Assembly: GCA_000708835.1 (NCBI GenBank)
Contig: DF237077.1
Location: 62,001 to 126,000 of the forward strand
From: Klebsormidium nitens
Taxonomy: Eukaryota > Plantae > Klebsormidiophyceae
Direction of reading: 5' to 3'
DNA: 64,000 bases
The notes beneath the pieces are model-generated. The model did no database searches and was not told the origin of the DNA. It was given only the letters and a program-made list of their open reading frames with translations. This document shows, piece after piece, positions 12,024 through 25,200 of this stretch (position 1 is the stretch's first letter; each line of letters begins with the position of its first letter). Both the position numbers and the translations under genes were made by a program.

Positions 12024-15000
12024 CTACAGCACTGCGGCTGCTACTACCTCTTTCGGCATGACCATGGGCCCCGCCACTGCGTCGGCCTTCTCCCGCCCGA
12101 AGAGCCGCTCCACCAGCACCAGCGCGAACTCCATGGCGGTGCCTGGCCCCCGGCTTGTGACTACTAACCCGTCCTGGACCACTCGGGCGTCCGCAGCAGA
12201 CCTGCCCAGCGGTACGACGAGGTACGAAAGCGTTTCAGGTGTGGGCTTATGTTCAGAGCATCACAATCACGTAAGCCAATCAGAGCGGACAACCCAAAAA
12301 TGCGGACGATAGAACAGCCACCACATCAGCATCGGTAAGGCGGCTTCGCAGCGAACTCTAAAAGACAATCCCAGCCTTTACAATATTCGCACGCAAATGT
12401 TGAGCGCCGGATGAGACGGCGTGACTGTTGTGTTGCGACATCCTTCTCCATCCGCCGGATCCCTCCTGCGCACAGATCCGACTTTCCTACCGTCGCCAAG
12501 CCGTGAACGTTAAGTTCATGCGTGATCAAATTAGAAGCAAAAAGACAGACTGCTGACCTGTCCGTAAGCTTGTCGACAAACGCTGGATGCGCCGTGGCCT
12601 TCTTTCCTTTTAGCAGACCCTTGCTCTCGAGAGCGACGGCCGGAGCGGCGCAGATGGCAGCGTAGAGCCGCCTTTCAGCAACGTGTTCGCGGAGGAGCTT
12701 GTCGAGGGGCGCGGACTCGTGCAGTCGCTGCGCGCCTGGCATGCCACCCTGCAGCAAAGAAACTTTTACACCGTTACACGTTGGAACAATTTTTGAAAGC
12801 AGATAAGCTTCCTCCGATAACGATGGAATCGTCATGAAACTGCAAAGCTACCTGCTCGCAGTTTGAATTCCAGAGCCCCACCCGTCAGGAGATGGATCAT
12901 ACCATTCTTTCCGTGTGGTCCGATGGGGCCTCAGATCAGCAGATGGACCGGTGGACTTCGAAACGGCGAGCAGAAGATTCTTTGGAGAGTGACATGCGAA
13001 ACATGTTCCCTTTCAAGGCTCCCAACGCTAAGTGCCAGATCCTTCAAGACCTCGTGAACCCAAGCCTGAGTAACGTCAAATCCTGCCCCGTACACTTCTA
13101 AGCTTTCTCCCACCCTTTCCGGCGTCCAATACAACATCCGAGATCATCATTCTTCCAGCCCGCTGCGTTTCGCAAAGTTCCGAAGAAATTATCTTACCGG
13201 GAGCACAATCAGGTCGTACTTAGTAGAAGTGCAGTCCTCGATTGACCGGTCGGCTACCATCTTGACCTTCCTCGAGAGCACCAGCTGCACCAATTTTACA
13301 AGACGAAACTTCAGCTATACGTCTCTTAGCCGCAGAATTGTGCACTAATACCTTTTCCGTCTGACCCATTGTTCGACTACAGCAGGCTGTTAACGACAGA
13401 ACCGACGATCAGCGAACATCGGCCCGAATGTCCATATTGGAACCGCGCTACGCCTGTTCTTCCAAGGCGTGGGACGTTGGAGCGTGGAACACGCCTCTTA
13501 TGAGAAGCATAGCCCGAAAAGCCACCTGAAGCACTTCGTCTCCACGTGCAACAGAAAATCACGAGTTGCAAAAGACAGCCTGGCCGCTCCGTTATGTAAC
13601 CAGCCGTTTCGCTTCCCACCTCCTTGGAGTCCTCTATGCTTGCCACGTGGACCTCAGCCCCCGCCCTGACGAGCACGTCAATAATGATGACGGCCTCCAT
13701 CTCTTCGCTGCCGTTGGCGACCGGCACGAGGACCTTGGGCCGCTCGTCAACCGACACCTGTAAGATGGCAGAGGGAACTTTGAGCAGGCTCCACAGCAGA
13801 ACATTATGCGGTCTACTACGCTTCATCTTTTCCGAGTTGAGGCATGGGAGAGCATCTGAAAAAAACTCTGGGAAAGAAAGCTCAGCGGCCAGAGAGGGTG
13901 TCTTGCCAGCGAATCGGGGCTTCACGGACGCCAGCCAACGGGCCTTCCTGACACAACATCAGAGCCTTCCCTGTTCGCCTCGTAAGTTCGTCGTCCGACG
14001 AACAAATACAGGCAAGCTTTCGACACGGCTTTTCTGCCTGCAGAGCCGTTCGATCCTGAGGAGATGACAGCCGATGCACCCTGTTACGCAGGTACAACCT
14101 TTCAGCGAGTCGTTTCAGGCTTGAGGCCACTCAGCGATGCTTTGAAGCTTTCTTTTCGCAGCTTAAAAAAAGTGGTCAGCCATCCTCATATCCGAAAGCA
14201 TCCTCATATCCGAAACCTTCTGTATCCCCGCTCCTTTCTTTTGCACGCACCGTTTCAACGCCGAAGTCCTTCCTGAACACGTCGCTCCCATCCCCTTTTC
14301 GCATCACCATTGGCCCCGCCACTGCTTCTGCTTTCTCTTTGCCGTAAAGTTGCTCCACCAGCGCCAGCGCATACTCCATGGCTGTGCCGGGGCCCCTGCT
14401 GGTGAGCACAGTGCCGTCCCGCACAACTCGCTGCTCGACTGCGCTCCTGACATGGAATAACAAAGGTTTTTTGACGGCTTACTCTTCCTTCAGTAATCAG
14501 TCTCCTCCTCTTTGTGCTTGAGCCGAGGAAGGGGCAGCACATGCAGACGCAAGAGCATTTGGTAAGATTCTGAATATAGAGCGGAACAATCAGACTTTGC
14601 CTGCGAAAACCCGCTGCTTTGGATACAACGATGTCAAATTGCGACTAAAAGAGGCTGAAGAATGACAAGCTGGAAGACTGGACTCGCAGGCATATACAGG
14701 TCAAGTAAGGGACTGCATCCGCAATGTAACAGAGACGACATGTCAACAACAGGAACAATGACCGTAAGGATCTGTTCAGCCAAGGCATCCTAAGCACAAC
14801 AATCATGCGAGAATATTTTTAGAAGCTTCGATATACGACCTGACTCCTCATGCCACCAAAACTTACAACACACTGGTGGACATCTTCAATCGGCGACACT
14901 GACAATATTTTGCAAAAGGCCTCGACTGACTTTCTACCTCAAGGCCTTCTCAAGAAAAAGCGCTGTCAGGAAAGCATCTTATCCAAGTCCAGGGGACCGA

Positions 15001-16825
15001 AATGCAGAAGCCCTCCGATTTGACTTGTCCTTTCCAGATGTGAAAGATCAGAAAATCATGGTCTACAAAATGTTCCCGAGCAAACGAGCCTGAATTCCGT
15101 AACACAGTCAGCAACGACGGTTGCCTGTAACGATCCGGAAGTAGCAAGGTTCAGTCTGCTTACGTGTCGGGAAGCTTGTCTGAGAATGCAGGGTGTGCAG
15201 TGGAAATTTTGCCATCCAGAAGACCCCAGGAGTGCAAAGCCACAGCGGGGGCAGCACAAATTGCTCCGTACAGGGCTTTTCTGGCCGCCTGCTTCTGAGT
15301 AATCTCCTTCAACTCGGCACAGTCTCGCAGGCGCTCCGCACCAGGCATGCCCCCCTGAAAAGATCACAGGTCTCAAGATGTTCAGCCCTTTGTTGCCAAA
15401 AAAAGAGCCTTGGTTGAAAAGTTCCACTGTGACAGGGCAGTCAAAATGACCTCACAATGTCCTGGATCACCGTACTTCGTCGTACTTTTGTCTTTTGAAC
15501 CCCAATCTGTGCAGCTGGTCAAATGGTAACCGACTAAAGCGGAATTGTAAGGTACGACTTCTTGGTGGTCCTGTTGGACTTGCCTCGAATTTGATATGCG
15601 AAAAGGCCTTTGCAGAAAGACAGAGACTTGTGATGTAGTAAGCGTCATTTCATGCAGGGAAAAGAATGTCAACAGGAGGTGGTTGTCATGAAAGCGGCCC
15701 AAGTTTGAGACATTTCAAAAGAAAGAAACTACAAATCGGAACACTTACCGGGAGGACCACCAAGTCAAATGTTTGCTCAGTGCATTCACCAATTGACCTG
15801 TCCGCCACCAGCTTCACCCCACGGGATGCAGTGACCTGGAGATCATTCTCCACGCTGCACAAGCGTAGTCTGACTCAGTGAACCCATCAGCAGACTTGTT
15901 ACCTTTCCCCAGGTGCTTCTGGCAACCTGCCATCAAAGCAACCAGACAGTAGACAAATGTGTTCCTGATATTTGGTGCCCTTTTATGCCCCTTCTTGGCT
16001 GCCTGAATCCGTTGTCAGAAGACAGAAAATGGCTGGAGCTTGCCACTTAAAGCCACCATGATTGTCAAACTTGCGAGTGAACCAACCTTTCATGTGAAGC
16101 AACTTTACCTTGCGACAGTGACATCAGCACCAGCACGTCTGAGGACATCAATCATGATGACAGCCTCCATTTCTTCACTGCCATTGGCAATTGGCACCAG
16201 CACACTCTTCTCAGTGGCTGTAGCCCCATCCTGGCTTGAAGCCTTCTGCAATTAGAAAGAGGATCACGCTCAAAATCTGGCACATGCCAGGCAGACATTG
16301 TAGAGAACAACTCAAGTCATCTAGGACATTGGCAGCTTCTCAAAGGTTCTCACAGATAGCAAGGTGAGTTCAAAGTAAGAAGACACTGCTTTCCAGGAGG
16401 GGCAATGAAAATTACCAGCATTGAGAGATCAAGAGAGACTTGCCAGCTGGTGCTGCCATTGTAAAGAAAGTTGACAGCATTTGTCCTTTCCGTGCACCGC
16501 CGATTGGTGCATGTAATCAACTCCATAATTTCAGATCAGAGGGTTGACTTACTGTGGCGGTGGTGGCGCTAGCTGACTTAGGCTCCATTCTCACACCACC
16601 TGTCTTCGACAATGTAGCACCACCGATGACAAATTTGCGCTGAGTACTTTTCAGCTGGTTGCCGCCGAAAGGACCAGCAGCCAGTGGACTTGCTCGATTG
16701 TCTAAATGGCAATCTGGTTGATGACAAAAGCCCACTTTGAAAGGTCCTGAATCATGGGCACTGCATTCGTACAAAAACTGGCGATTGATGAGCGAAGGGC
16801 GGAGTACTCTAGCTAGAGCGGCCAT
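12024..16825 (-). CDS. DJ1B: Double-domain DJ-1/PfpI (glyoxalase III-type) protein with a putative organellar transit peptide, 9 exons, ~498 aa
   Basis: Exons: 16553-16825, 16109-16245, 15749-15854, 15164-15354, 14251-14446, 13620-13757, 13198-13284, 12558-12748, 12024-12201 (1497 nt). There are two copies of VLVP(I/V)[28 protein letters not shown] and [10 protein letters not shown]. The N-terminus is [12 protein letters not shown], rich in R/S/A. Confidence 0.92.
14181..14215 (+). repeat. Perfect 17-bp tandem duplication (CATCCTCATATCCGAAA x2) in a DJ-1 intron
   Basis: Seen directly at 14181-14197 and 14199-14215. Confidence 0.9.
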
Positions 16826-17419
16826 CACAGAAGACGGTCACCAGTGGCAGCAGCCAGAAGCGTCTGCTCGAGCATTTCTCGTCAAGCGCATTCCAGCATT
16901 CTGTTGGTGCGAGAATGTTTTAACCTCAAAGTCTGCATAAGAGGGCCAGCAGAAAAGCGGTTTTTTGTCGTTTTGTTTGCTGTTATTTTATACAGCTTCA
17001 ATTACAGTGTCTAGATTCTGAAATCTGACGCAATCAATCGTGCAACAAGCAAGCCGAGTTCTAGTTCAAACCAAACGCGCTGTGACAATATTGCCCCGAA
17101 GAATGAAAGACATACGCGCATGAGCAGCAGACTGCAAATTGCACCTGCTCACCTTCCTGATCTACCGTATTCAGGATTTAGGGGAGGTATTCAGGCCCAG
17201 GGTCTTGCAATGGCATTCTTGATACACCTCTGGGCCTGAAAAAGGGAAGCAGGCGTAACTTTTCGCTCTTGCATCAAGCTCTGTCGTGTTACCTCGGGTC
17301 CATTTTGTACAGTGAGTGCTACTGAAGTCATTGTGGTGACGCTCGCGAGACAGAAACTGTGCTTCTTGTGCGTCCCTGTTTTTCTTCACCATCTCAGCAG
17401 CTTGGTTAAAGCAGCAGGA
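16826..17419. promoter_or_regulatory. Putative bidirectional promoter region DJ-1 / DRMY1-like
   Basis: Divergent ATGs lie 594 bp apart. This is a positional inference only; no specific elements were confirmed. Confidence 0.4.
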
Positions 17420-20332
17420 ATGGCAAGCACTGGCGAACGGCCACGGCCAAGCGGAGTTCCTAGCCCATCTGCGGGTGCTCTCGGTTCTTCACCAACAAAG
17501 TCAGCAGGCCACTCTCTGCCTGGGCCAACGTACAGACCAGCACTCAGCGGTGTGCAGACAGCTCATGGTGTGGCACCAGCTTCAAGCGTACCGCCAGGGC
17601 TTCGAATGCCAGGACCACGTGGCATGCTAAGGTCTCCCAGTACGCAGGGGCTGCCTTTCTTACCTGTGGCTCCAGCATCTCCGAAGACAGACTTCAAGCA
17701 CAGGGCGCTAGCGCAGCGGGAGGCAGAAAGCCTACTAAAAAGGTGAGGGTGATTTGGTGCGAGGATGCAAGGGCGGAAGTCCTCAGCTTTGCTTGGGGCT
17801 CAGGGACCGCAGTCGCTTCGTCCAGCAATTGCTCTGTCTCTTGAGCGACGAGGCTGGTAACTCGGGATATTGAGGTTAGTGATTTGGTTTCCTCTCTGTT
17901 CATTGCATTCCAACAATTTCATTGGTGGTGCAATGAAGCACAATGCTACAACTTGCAGGTACCCTGGTAACACGGTACTCACAATCTTGAGAGAGGTTGC
18001 AAAGCAAGGATCGTCAAAGATAAACTGGGTGGCCATCCACCAGAGGATAGGGGCTGCTATCAAAGGTCCCAGGGAGGCGCAGGCAATCTGGAGGTGTCTG
18101 GCCTACGGCCATGCCATCCCAGAAAACTTGGCACCGGGTGTAGAGCCCCTGGTGAGGAGTGGTACTGTCCAGCCAAAGCAAGCCTGCCTTTGCTTCCCTG
18201 TCCACAATTTGTACTCTAACCTTACAGTACCTTCATGTTGGGGTGTTCTCTTTGAACAAGTTCTGCCGGACTAACCACCAGCTTGTAGGCATCTGTTTTT
18301 CAACTTCTTGCCGCAAGAGCACTTACCTGGTCCTTGCAAGAGCTTTCTTCTGACTGAGCCCTCATCTTTGTTGTGCCAGGATGATGATAGTGACATTGAC
18401 GAAACGGACGTCACCAAACCGAGCACGCCGGGAATCAGCCTTGCAATGCAAATGGACGCCACTGCCTGGGTCAAGGTCAGACTTGGGTTCTACAGTTTTC
18501 TTAAGAACATACTCAATCTGCTCCTGCTTTGATGACATTCACAACTACTTCAAGGAAGCCAATTGTTTTGGTTGCGTGCCAGAATTTGATTGTGAAGGTA
18601 ACCTATTATAAGCAGGACACAGATTCAGTCTGCATCGGTGGTTGCTTTTCAAATGTAGTTGCAGCCCCCACTCCTTCTGCCCTTCCTTATACCATCCACG
18701 CATTGTGCTGCAAACAAATTCTAGAAGATTCTTGAAACGCCCCGCACCTTCAGAGAAGCTAGAGACTGCGGCGACTGTAGTGACCTCTGCTTTTGCTCCC
18801 TTTTGACAAGTCTCCTACTTTGCCTCCGGTTTTGCAGAATGATCTGCGGCGCATCGGCCTCGAGGTAGCTGCAACTGGAGCTCTCAGGCGGCGCCTGACA
18901 TTGCCATCTCCTGCGGCCAGGCCAAGCAACTCTGCCCCCCTGGGGACGGGGATGCGGCCAGGAGGCGTGTCTCCAGTTGGATCAAGTCTGCTGGGGCAGA
19001 AGCGTCCCTCGCACATTTTGACACAAACCAGTTCTGGTTCAAGGTAGGTGCTGATGTAGACAATCATGGCAAGGGACTGACGAAGCTCGTAAGACATTTG
19101 TGGTCCTTACTAGGAGGGGCACAGTGCAGTCTTGTATCACCGGTCGTGCATCGAGCTTTGCCTGCTGAAGAGCGAGATTGTTCTGGATCGTCAGGGCTTG
19201 ACCTGTGCCAAGATAGTTTTACATGACTCTGTGAACGAGTGAACATTTGGATCGGTCTCTTAACAGTCCTCAAGGACTCCCTCATCAATCCAGCACTTTG
19301 CGCTGGTCAGTAGTCTTTCACGAGTATCTACCTGGTAGCTGCGATCACCGAGATCATAGCTTTTGTCTTAGATTGCAGCTGAGCTAACCGAGTGCTTCGG
19401 ATACCTTTCGTGATAATCCGATCTCTTGCAGGCCTGGCTCCCCTGGCTTCTCAGGCACTACACGGCTATCCCCCCTCTCCTCCCAGTACTCCCCTCACGT
19501 ATCCCCACACGTCCCTCAAAACCCCTCTCCTCTGGGGCCAAACAAGAGGCGGCACCTATGGTCAGAAGAGGAAGATAAGGTATGATTGTGCCTTCTTTGC
19601 CACGTCTCTGGAGTGAAGCATACGCGGCGCTGATTATAAGGGAACAGAGGGGATTGTAGTATCTAATCTGATACCGGATTTGATCTACGGCCACCGTGCT
19701 CTACATGCTTGCTTTAAGATTGTCACTTTCACGATGATCAGCTGGTTCGAAGAGGAAAAAGAGGGAATCGTTGGTGCTCACGACTTGGACGCCTAGTGAG
19801 TATTTTGACCCAATTCTTTCAGATGTAGCTTACATGTCTAGCCTGTCTCCAAAGCAGGCCCCTCCATCATTGGAAACGGCCCTCAGAAGCGGGCCTCCGA
19901 CATTCCCATCCGCCGTTTTTCAGTTGGTTAAAGTGTATTCTACGTTACATTCGGGCCACCTTTGTGCCTTGGAAAATTGAAAATTAAATTCTTACAACTA
20001 ATCAGCGCAATCATTTTCACGAATCTTCTACATGATTCATAACTTTGTTTTCTTAATCCATTCCTCCCCGTTTGCAGACCCTGCTCGAAGCCGTCCAAAA
20101 ACACGGCGAGGGCCACTGGGAGGAGATCTTGCGCCAGTACTTCGGCTCCGACCGCACCGCCGCGCAGCTGATGCAGCGCTGGGCGCTCATCCGCAAGCGG
20201 CCCGCGACACACCCCCCCGAGGCAGAAACCCCGACAGCTGCAGACAACTCCGGCAGGGAGGCGGGCCGCATCACGCGGTCCACAGACAGTAGGCTGAGGC
20301 ACGGGGGGGCGTGGGGACAGTCCAGGGGCTAG
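17420..20332 (+). CDS. DRMY1: DRMY1-like Myb/SANT-domain protein, 6 exons, ~406 aa
   Basis: Exons: 17420-17742, 17959-18151, 18380-18475, 18838-19043, 19432-19579, 20078-20332. The N-terminal Myb-like block LLKRYPGNTVLTILREVAK..INWVAI..AQAIWRCLAY..PLDDDSD and the second Myb KRRHLWSEEEDKTLLEAVQKHGEGHW..DRTAAQLMQRWALIRKR resemble plant DRMY1/DP1. The true 3' end is less certain. Confidence 0.75.
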
Positions 20333-22209
20333 ACGATCCGGCGGGGGTGAATAAGCCGTTGCGACTTCCTCGAAACTGCTCATAGAAATCCGGTCGAGCT
20401 CATATGAGTGACGGCCGACCTGTTAGCTTTATAAGATCTGCAAAGCACATGCTGTAAGAGCAGCGGCTCTGTAGCATGCTCGTAGCTCCAAATTTTAATC
20501 GAAGGAGGGGGGATCTCGATCTTGCCGTCTGGTTTACGCTAAAGCCAGAAGCCGGAGCTCCGAGGGGAAAGCCAGACCGGGACGACTTCACGTGCAGTAC
20601 TGCCTTGTAAAGGTAAGGCGACCGCTGGTATGCAAGAGTAAGAACAATCCCACTAGGAACAGGTCGTGTGCCTGCCATTTTTGTGTTGCAGGCACTGCTT
20701 TGACCAATTTTGAACCATTGTTGAGCCTCTAGAGGCCTTATACACTTACCTTCGCTCGAGTGCCCAGCGGCAATCTCTGCAGCTAGGTTGATACTGACGC
20801 AGCATTGCAATGTTGCAGCTGCAAGCTCTTGATTGCTTTCGTAATCACGTGGTGCTTGATCTCTGTTCAAAAGTTGCTGCACAATCTGTGCTCTGACGGC
20901 CTCGAAAGGGCAGCAGCTTGCAGCTGAAGGTCCGTGAGAAACACGATCGTGAGGCACGCTCTTGGGTGATCCTCGAGTTATTCACCGGCCAACGGCCACC
21001 TCAAATGCACTTAGCGCCATTACTTCGACAGACGTCGTTTTCTGTTTCTGAGACGCTCTCTTCTCGTCTTTGATTGCAGGTGTCTTGAGGAAGTGAGACC
21101 CGTACCTGGCTCGCAAGGCGGCAGTCTAGGACGTAGTGCGTCAGCAGCTCGACTTTGACGGAAAAAGGTGCAGAACCTCTATAAGGGGATCAGAGTTCCA
21201 GCAGGTGAAAACACCCACAAACGTGTCGTTCGACAGAGGAGTTCGTCATCACGGGCGCCTGCTACTTACGTGTCCTTTTAATGGCAGATATCATGCTGCA
21301 AGTAGTTCCCAACAGAAGTGGGATGCTGGACGGTTTGGACAAAAGCTGTTGGCATGACTGTACTGCACAGATCGTCCTTGCCGTCGGCGCTAGGCCAAGC
21401 ACCTTGATGTCTGACGTAACGTACCGAGTGCGCACCTCACTTTGCTGATCGTGCTCTTTGCAGGCTGGCCCGTAGACAGATACTTGTCTCCAGAAAGCTA
21501 CTACTTGCTAGCGACCCCAGCATGGGGCCGTTCAAGATCGCATATCGTTCTTCTAGTCATGTACTTCATAAGAGACATTATTGCAGGTCCACTTTGGGCT
21601 AAATAGGGCTTAAGGCCTACAGTGTTCCTACGGTTGTGAACTTTTCCTCCAATAGAGTTGACATTTCAAAGCTCGTCACCAACTAATCATGCTCCAGCAG
21701 CGATGAAAAACAAAAATGAAATCGGTCCAAATGCGCATGGCTTGTAATCACTCTTCCCAGCTTCTCCTGTATATTTTGCAAGTTACAAACATACGACGTG
21801 CACGAGCTCCAGTGCATGCATTTGCGTACTGCAATGATCTGTATTGGCAGACCTTGCCTCTCATGCGGCTGCCAGATTCGAGTGCATCCGCACTTAGTTC
21901 GATCACAAGTCACATGCGTACATATCCAGCTAAAATCTGGACACGTTGCATGTGTGCACTTGGCCAAAGTTAACAATCTGATACTTACGGTGAATATTTT
22001 TAGTAAGGTAGAGTGTGACTAGCGCTACGGTTGCGTGCACGAGTGCTTGCTTAAAACCTGATTGAGATCGTAACTTAGCATGGCCAGGCCCTGCTTTCTT
22101 TCGAGCATGAGTGGTCCCCTTCTTATTACATGTCCCACATAATTGGCTTGCTATACTGGCACTGTGGTGACGCCGCGGTGTTATAGTTGCCAGCCTCTTG
22201 AATTGGGGG

Positions 22210-25200
22210 CTACGAGCTGCTAGAAGACTGTGTCAAGTCCAAGATTCTCCACTTGCTGCCTTCGTTGTCTCCTGATTCGCTGACAACCTCCCCTGGAGCG
22301 TGTTTCAATACGTTTCGGAATGCTTCGCTGGAAAGGGCTGCTTCTCCTTCACGCCATGGAAGAGTGGAGAGGTCGACGATCCACCGGCGCGGTTCCGGAC
22401 CGGGCGAGTCTCTGCAGACGGGGCGGCGACATTCTAGATCAGCCAACAAATGAGCTGATGGTGTATTTGTGTTACTACTACCAGCAGGTTGGTTGAAATG
22501 ATGTTTGAAAAGGGAGTAGCGCTGCTTGAGAGCCTGAATGTGTGGGCTTCAAAGGAGGCGTTCAACCAACCCTAGAGATATGCACGTGCGTCATCGCCTC
22601 TTGGAACCATGAGTGCTCACTTGCAAAGCGCATTCCACATGAAGAAAGAAAGAACCTGTCTATGTATCAGCTTACTCTTCACAACCTGCGTTTGAGAAGC
22701 CTAGTGCCGCAACTAGTGCCGTGGATCACACGGCTTCTTTCCGGTAGCCAAACGCAGACATACGTTGACTTGCATTCAGATTCACTGCATGGAGAACGCC
22801 ATATTTCATGGGCTGCCCCCTAACAACGGGCTTGAGAAATTAAAAGCTGCACTAGCTTTCATTCTGATTCTATAGATTCTTATAAAACAGATAAGATTTG
22901 CTTTGGCAGGCGGGCTCACATGGAACCGTACGAAATCTCGAAGTCCAATGCCCTTCGCAGCTCATCGTCACTGAGGTTTGCAGCCAGCTCCGAGAAGCTC
23001 GCGCTCTTTGGCAGGGTGTCCCCGTGCCTGGCTCTTATGTACATGAACTTGCCCCCCGCGACGAGCAGCCTGGTGAGCGGGACTGTCGGCGACTTGCCGT
23101 CGTCTGAAAGTCGCTCCAACGCAAAGCTGTAGGAACAATAAAGACGATTCAATGAGAAATTTGCTGGCATTGAAGAAGCAGTAACTGCCTTCTTTGGACG
23201 CAACAGGTACGAAGGTTAACGACCATCGACTTCAAATGCATGGTCCGTTTGCAAATTGCAGAACACCAGCTAATCTACAAATATCAAGCCCAATATTGCT
23301 GTCGCAGATCTGATCCGACCTCCAATGAAGCGTAATCGTCCGCAATTTGGGGGATCTTGGATTGTATCCAGCAGAAGAGCCTTGAAAGAAAAGTCTTGCA
23401 GCCAAATGCTCTTACCCACAATCGAGTGGAAGGGTACTGTATTAAATATATTAGCAGTATGTACTGCATTCGTAGCGAAACAGAAAGCATTGCTGATAGG
23501 TTTGCGGTCCTGAATCAGCTGAAGAGCTGGTGCAAATAATGTCGCATCTCAGACTCGTTTTTCTGAAACCAGCGCCGCCTCTGTTGAGATTGTTTGGAGA
23601 GGATCGGGTCATTGAGCCCCTATGAGTTTGGCAGGGGCCGGGGCCCGCTTCTGCCATCATTGTGAATGCAATCTGGAGGGTGGGCAGGCAAGGTTCTCAT
23701 TAGCAGCATAAATCGAATTTCAATCTCTCCCGCCCAAGGAAACGCCCTGCAAAGACGCCTCACGTACTGGCTTCTCATCTAACTAGTTCTTGTTTACCTT
23801 TGCCGCCAGCGCCTGCCAAAGCAAGATAAACACATGACAATCTCGGACAAGCTCAGACGGGCCCCAGCTTTACAGTACAGTTTGATGCAGAAAGAGGATT
23901 ATCTTTACTTTCTTTGAAGAGAAGACTCTCCAAAAGACAGAGCAGCCGACCTGTCACCGTCCGACCCAGGCTCTCGTGCCCAGTCCTCAAAGTAGTCGCT
24001 CTCCACCCCATATTCCAGCACTTGAACCCGGCCCTTGAAAACCATGCGCCCAATGTCATTGTCTCCAGTGGGCGGCTGAAAGTCCGCCTGCAAGAGGAGA
24101 GCAGGGGCAGCTTTAATGCACTGATGGGTCCTTCAGGCCTACACCAGCAAGCCGTCCTGTTGCGGAGAACATGGCCTTATTTGGCCAGGAAGCAGCAAAA
24201 TGCATATATAAAACCTGGGTTACATACGTGACATTGCTGGTCGTCGGAGTGAGGAAGGCTACGCCAACTTGATAGAATGCCTGGGGGACTATGCACGCGC
24301 CTGTAAGAACATGAGCCTGCTTTGCCTCTCTGATTTGAAGCTTCTCCTCATCAAAATCTGCTGACCGTGGCAAAGAGTCGCGCCTATCAAAGGATCACAA
24401 TCGCCGACGTTCTAGTGACCGACAAGTTGCCTTGTCCATCATGAGAGCTTTCATGCACTGCCAGGCGCGTGAAAAAGTTGGCCTCCAGCAACCTGATCTC
24501 AACCGGCTAGTGGTACTGGTGATGAAGGGGCCTCACTGTCAACCGCTAAGGAGCCTCTCTTGTCTCAGAGACAATACCAACCGGATCGTTGTATACATGT
24601 CAATAAAAGTGGAGGAAGTACAATCAAACCACTTTCCACAAGTTTGCTAGACCTCATCATAAAGCCCCTCCTCAATGGCCAAGAGGCACAACAGAATGCA
24701 TCATGAAACGTAATGCCGCGGCTTCTGAATCATTGTCTGCTGAGGTTCCTCAATCTGACATGCTGATCAAGAAACCACCGCCTGTAATGCAGCCGCTGGA
24801 TCACGCATTGCCTGTTCTTCATCCTAAAGACAAAGGCGCATCAACACATGGCCCCACCCTAACGTGGTAGCAGAACAATACCAAAATGCAGAAAGCCAAC
24901 GATTTTTAAAGGAAACCGTGCCGACTCAATGCTCTGCGCCCACCCCTCAATCTCACCTGCCGTGTCCACTGACAGACGTCGCCTTTGACTTCCGTCACGC
25001 CCCCGAAGCCTTGCTGCAATGCTAGCCCATTCAGCTGCTCTCTGTTGAGCTCCGCGAGAGACGTTGCTCCGCCCAAAGACGGACGCTCTGCCGGCACTCT
25101 AATATCCACATGGTGGCGAGCGGTCTGCAACCAAAACACTCTGGTGGTTGTGTCCTCTGCCCCGTCGGCGCTTCTGAGGAGAGTCCTCCGCCAGACGCCC

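Noticed and set aside
12024-16825. Two separate tandem DJ-1 genes
   Set aside because: The first domain splices in frame (ACG|gtgcgt ... cag|GTG) into the second with no stop or new start. This is the known two-domain plant architecture.
20400-20957. 185-aa minus-strand ORF as a separate gene
   Set aside because: It starts at GTG, has no recognisable motifs or supporting splice structure, and overlaps the likely DRMY1 3' region.
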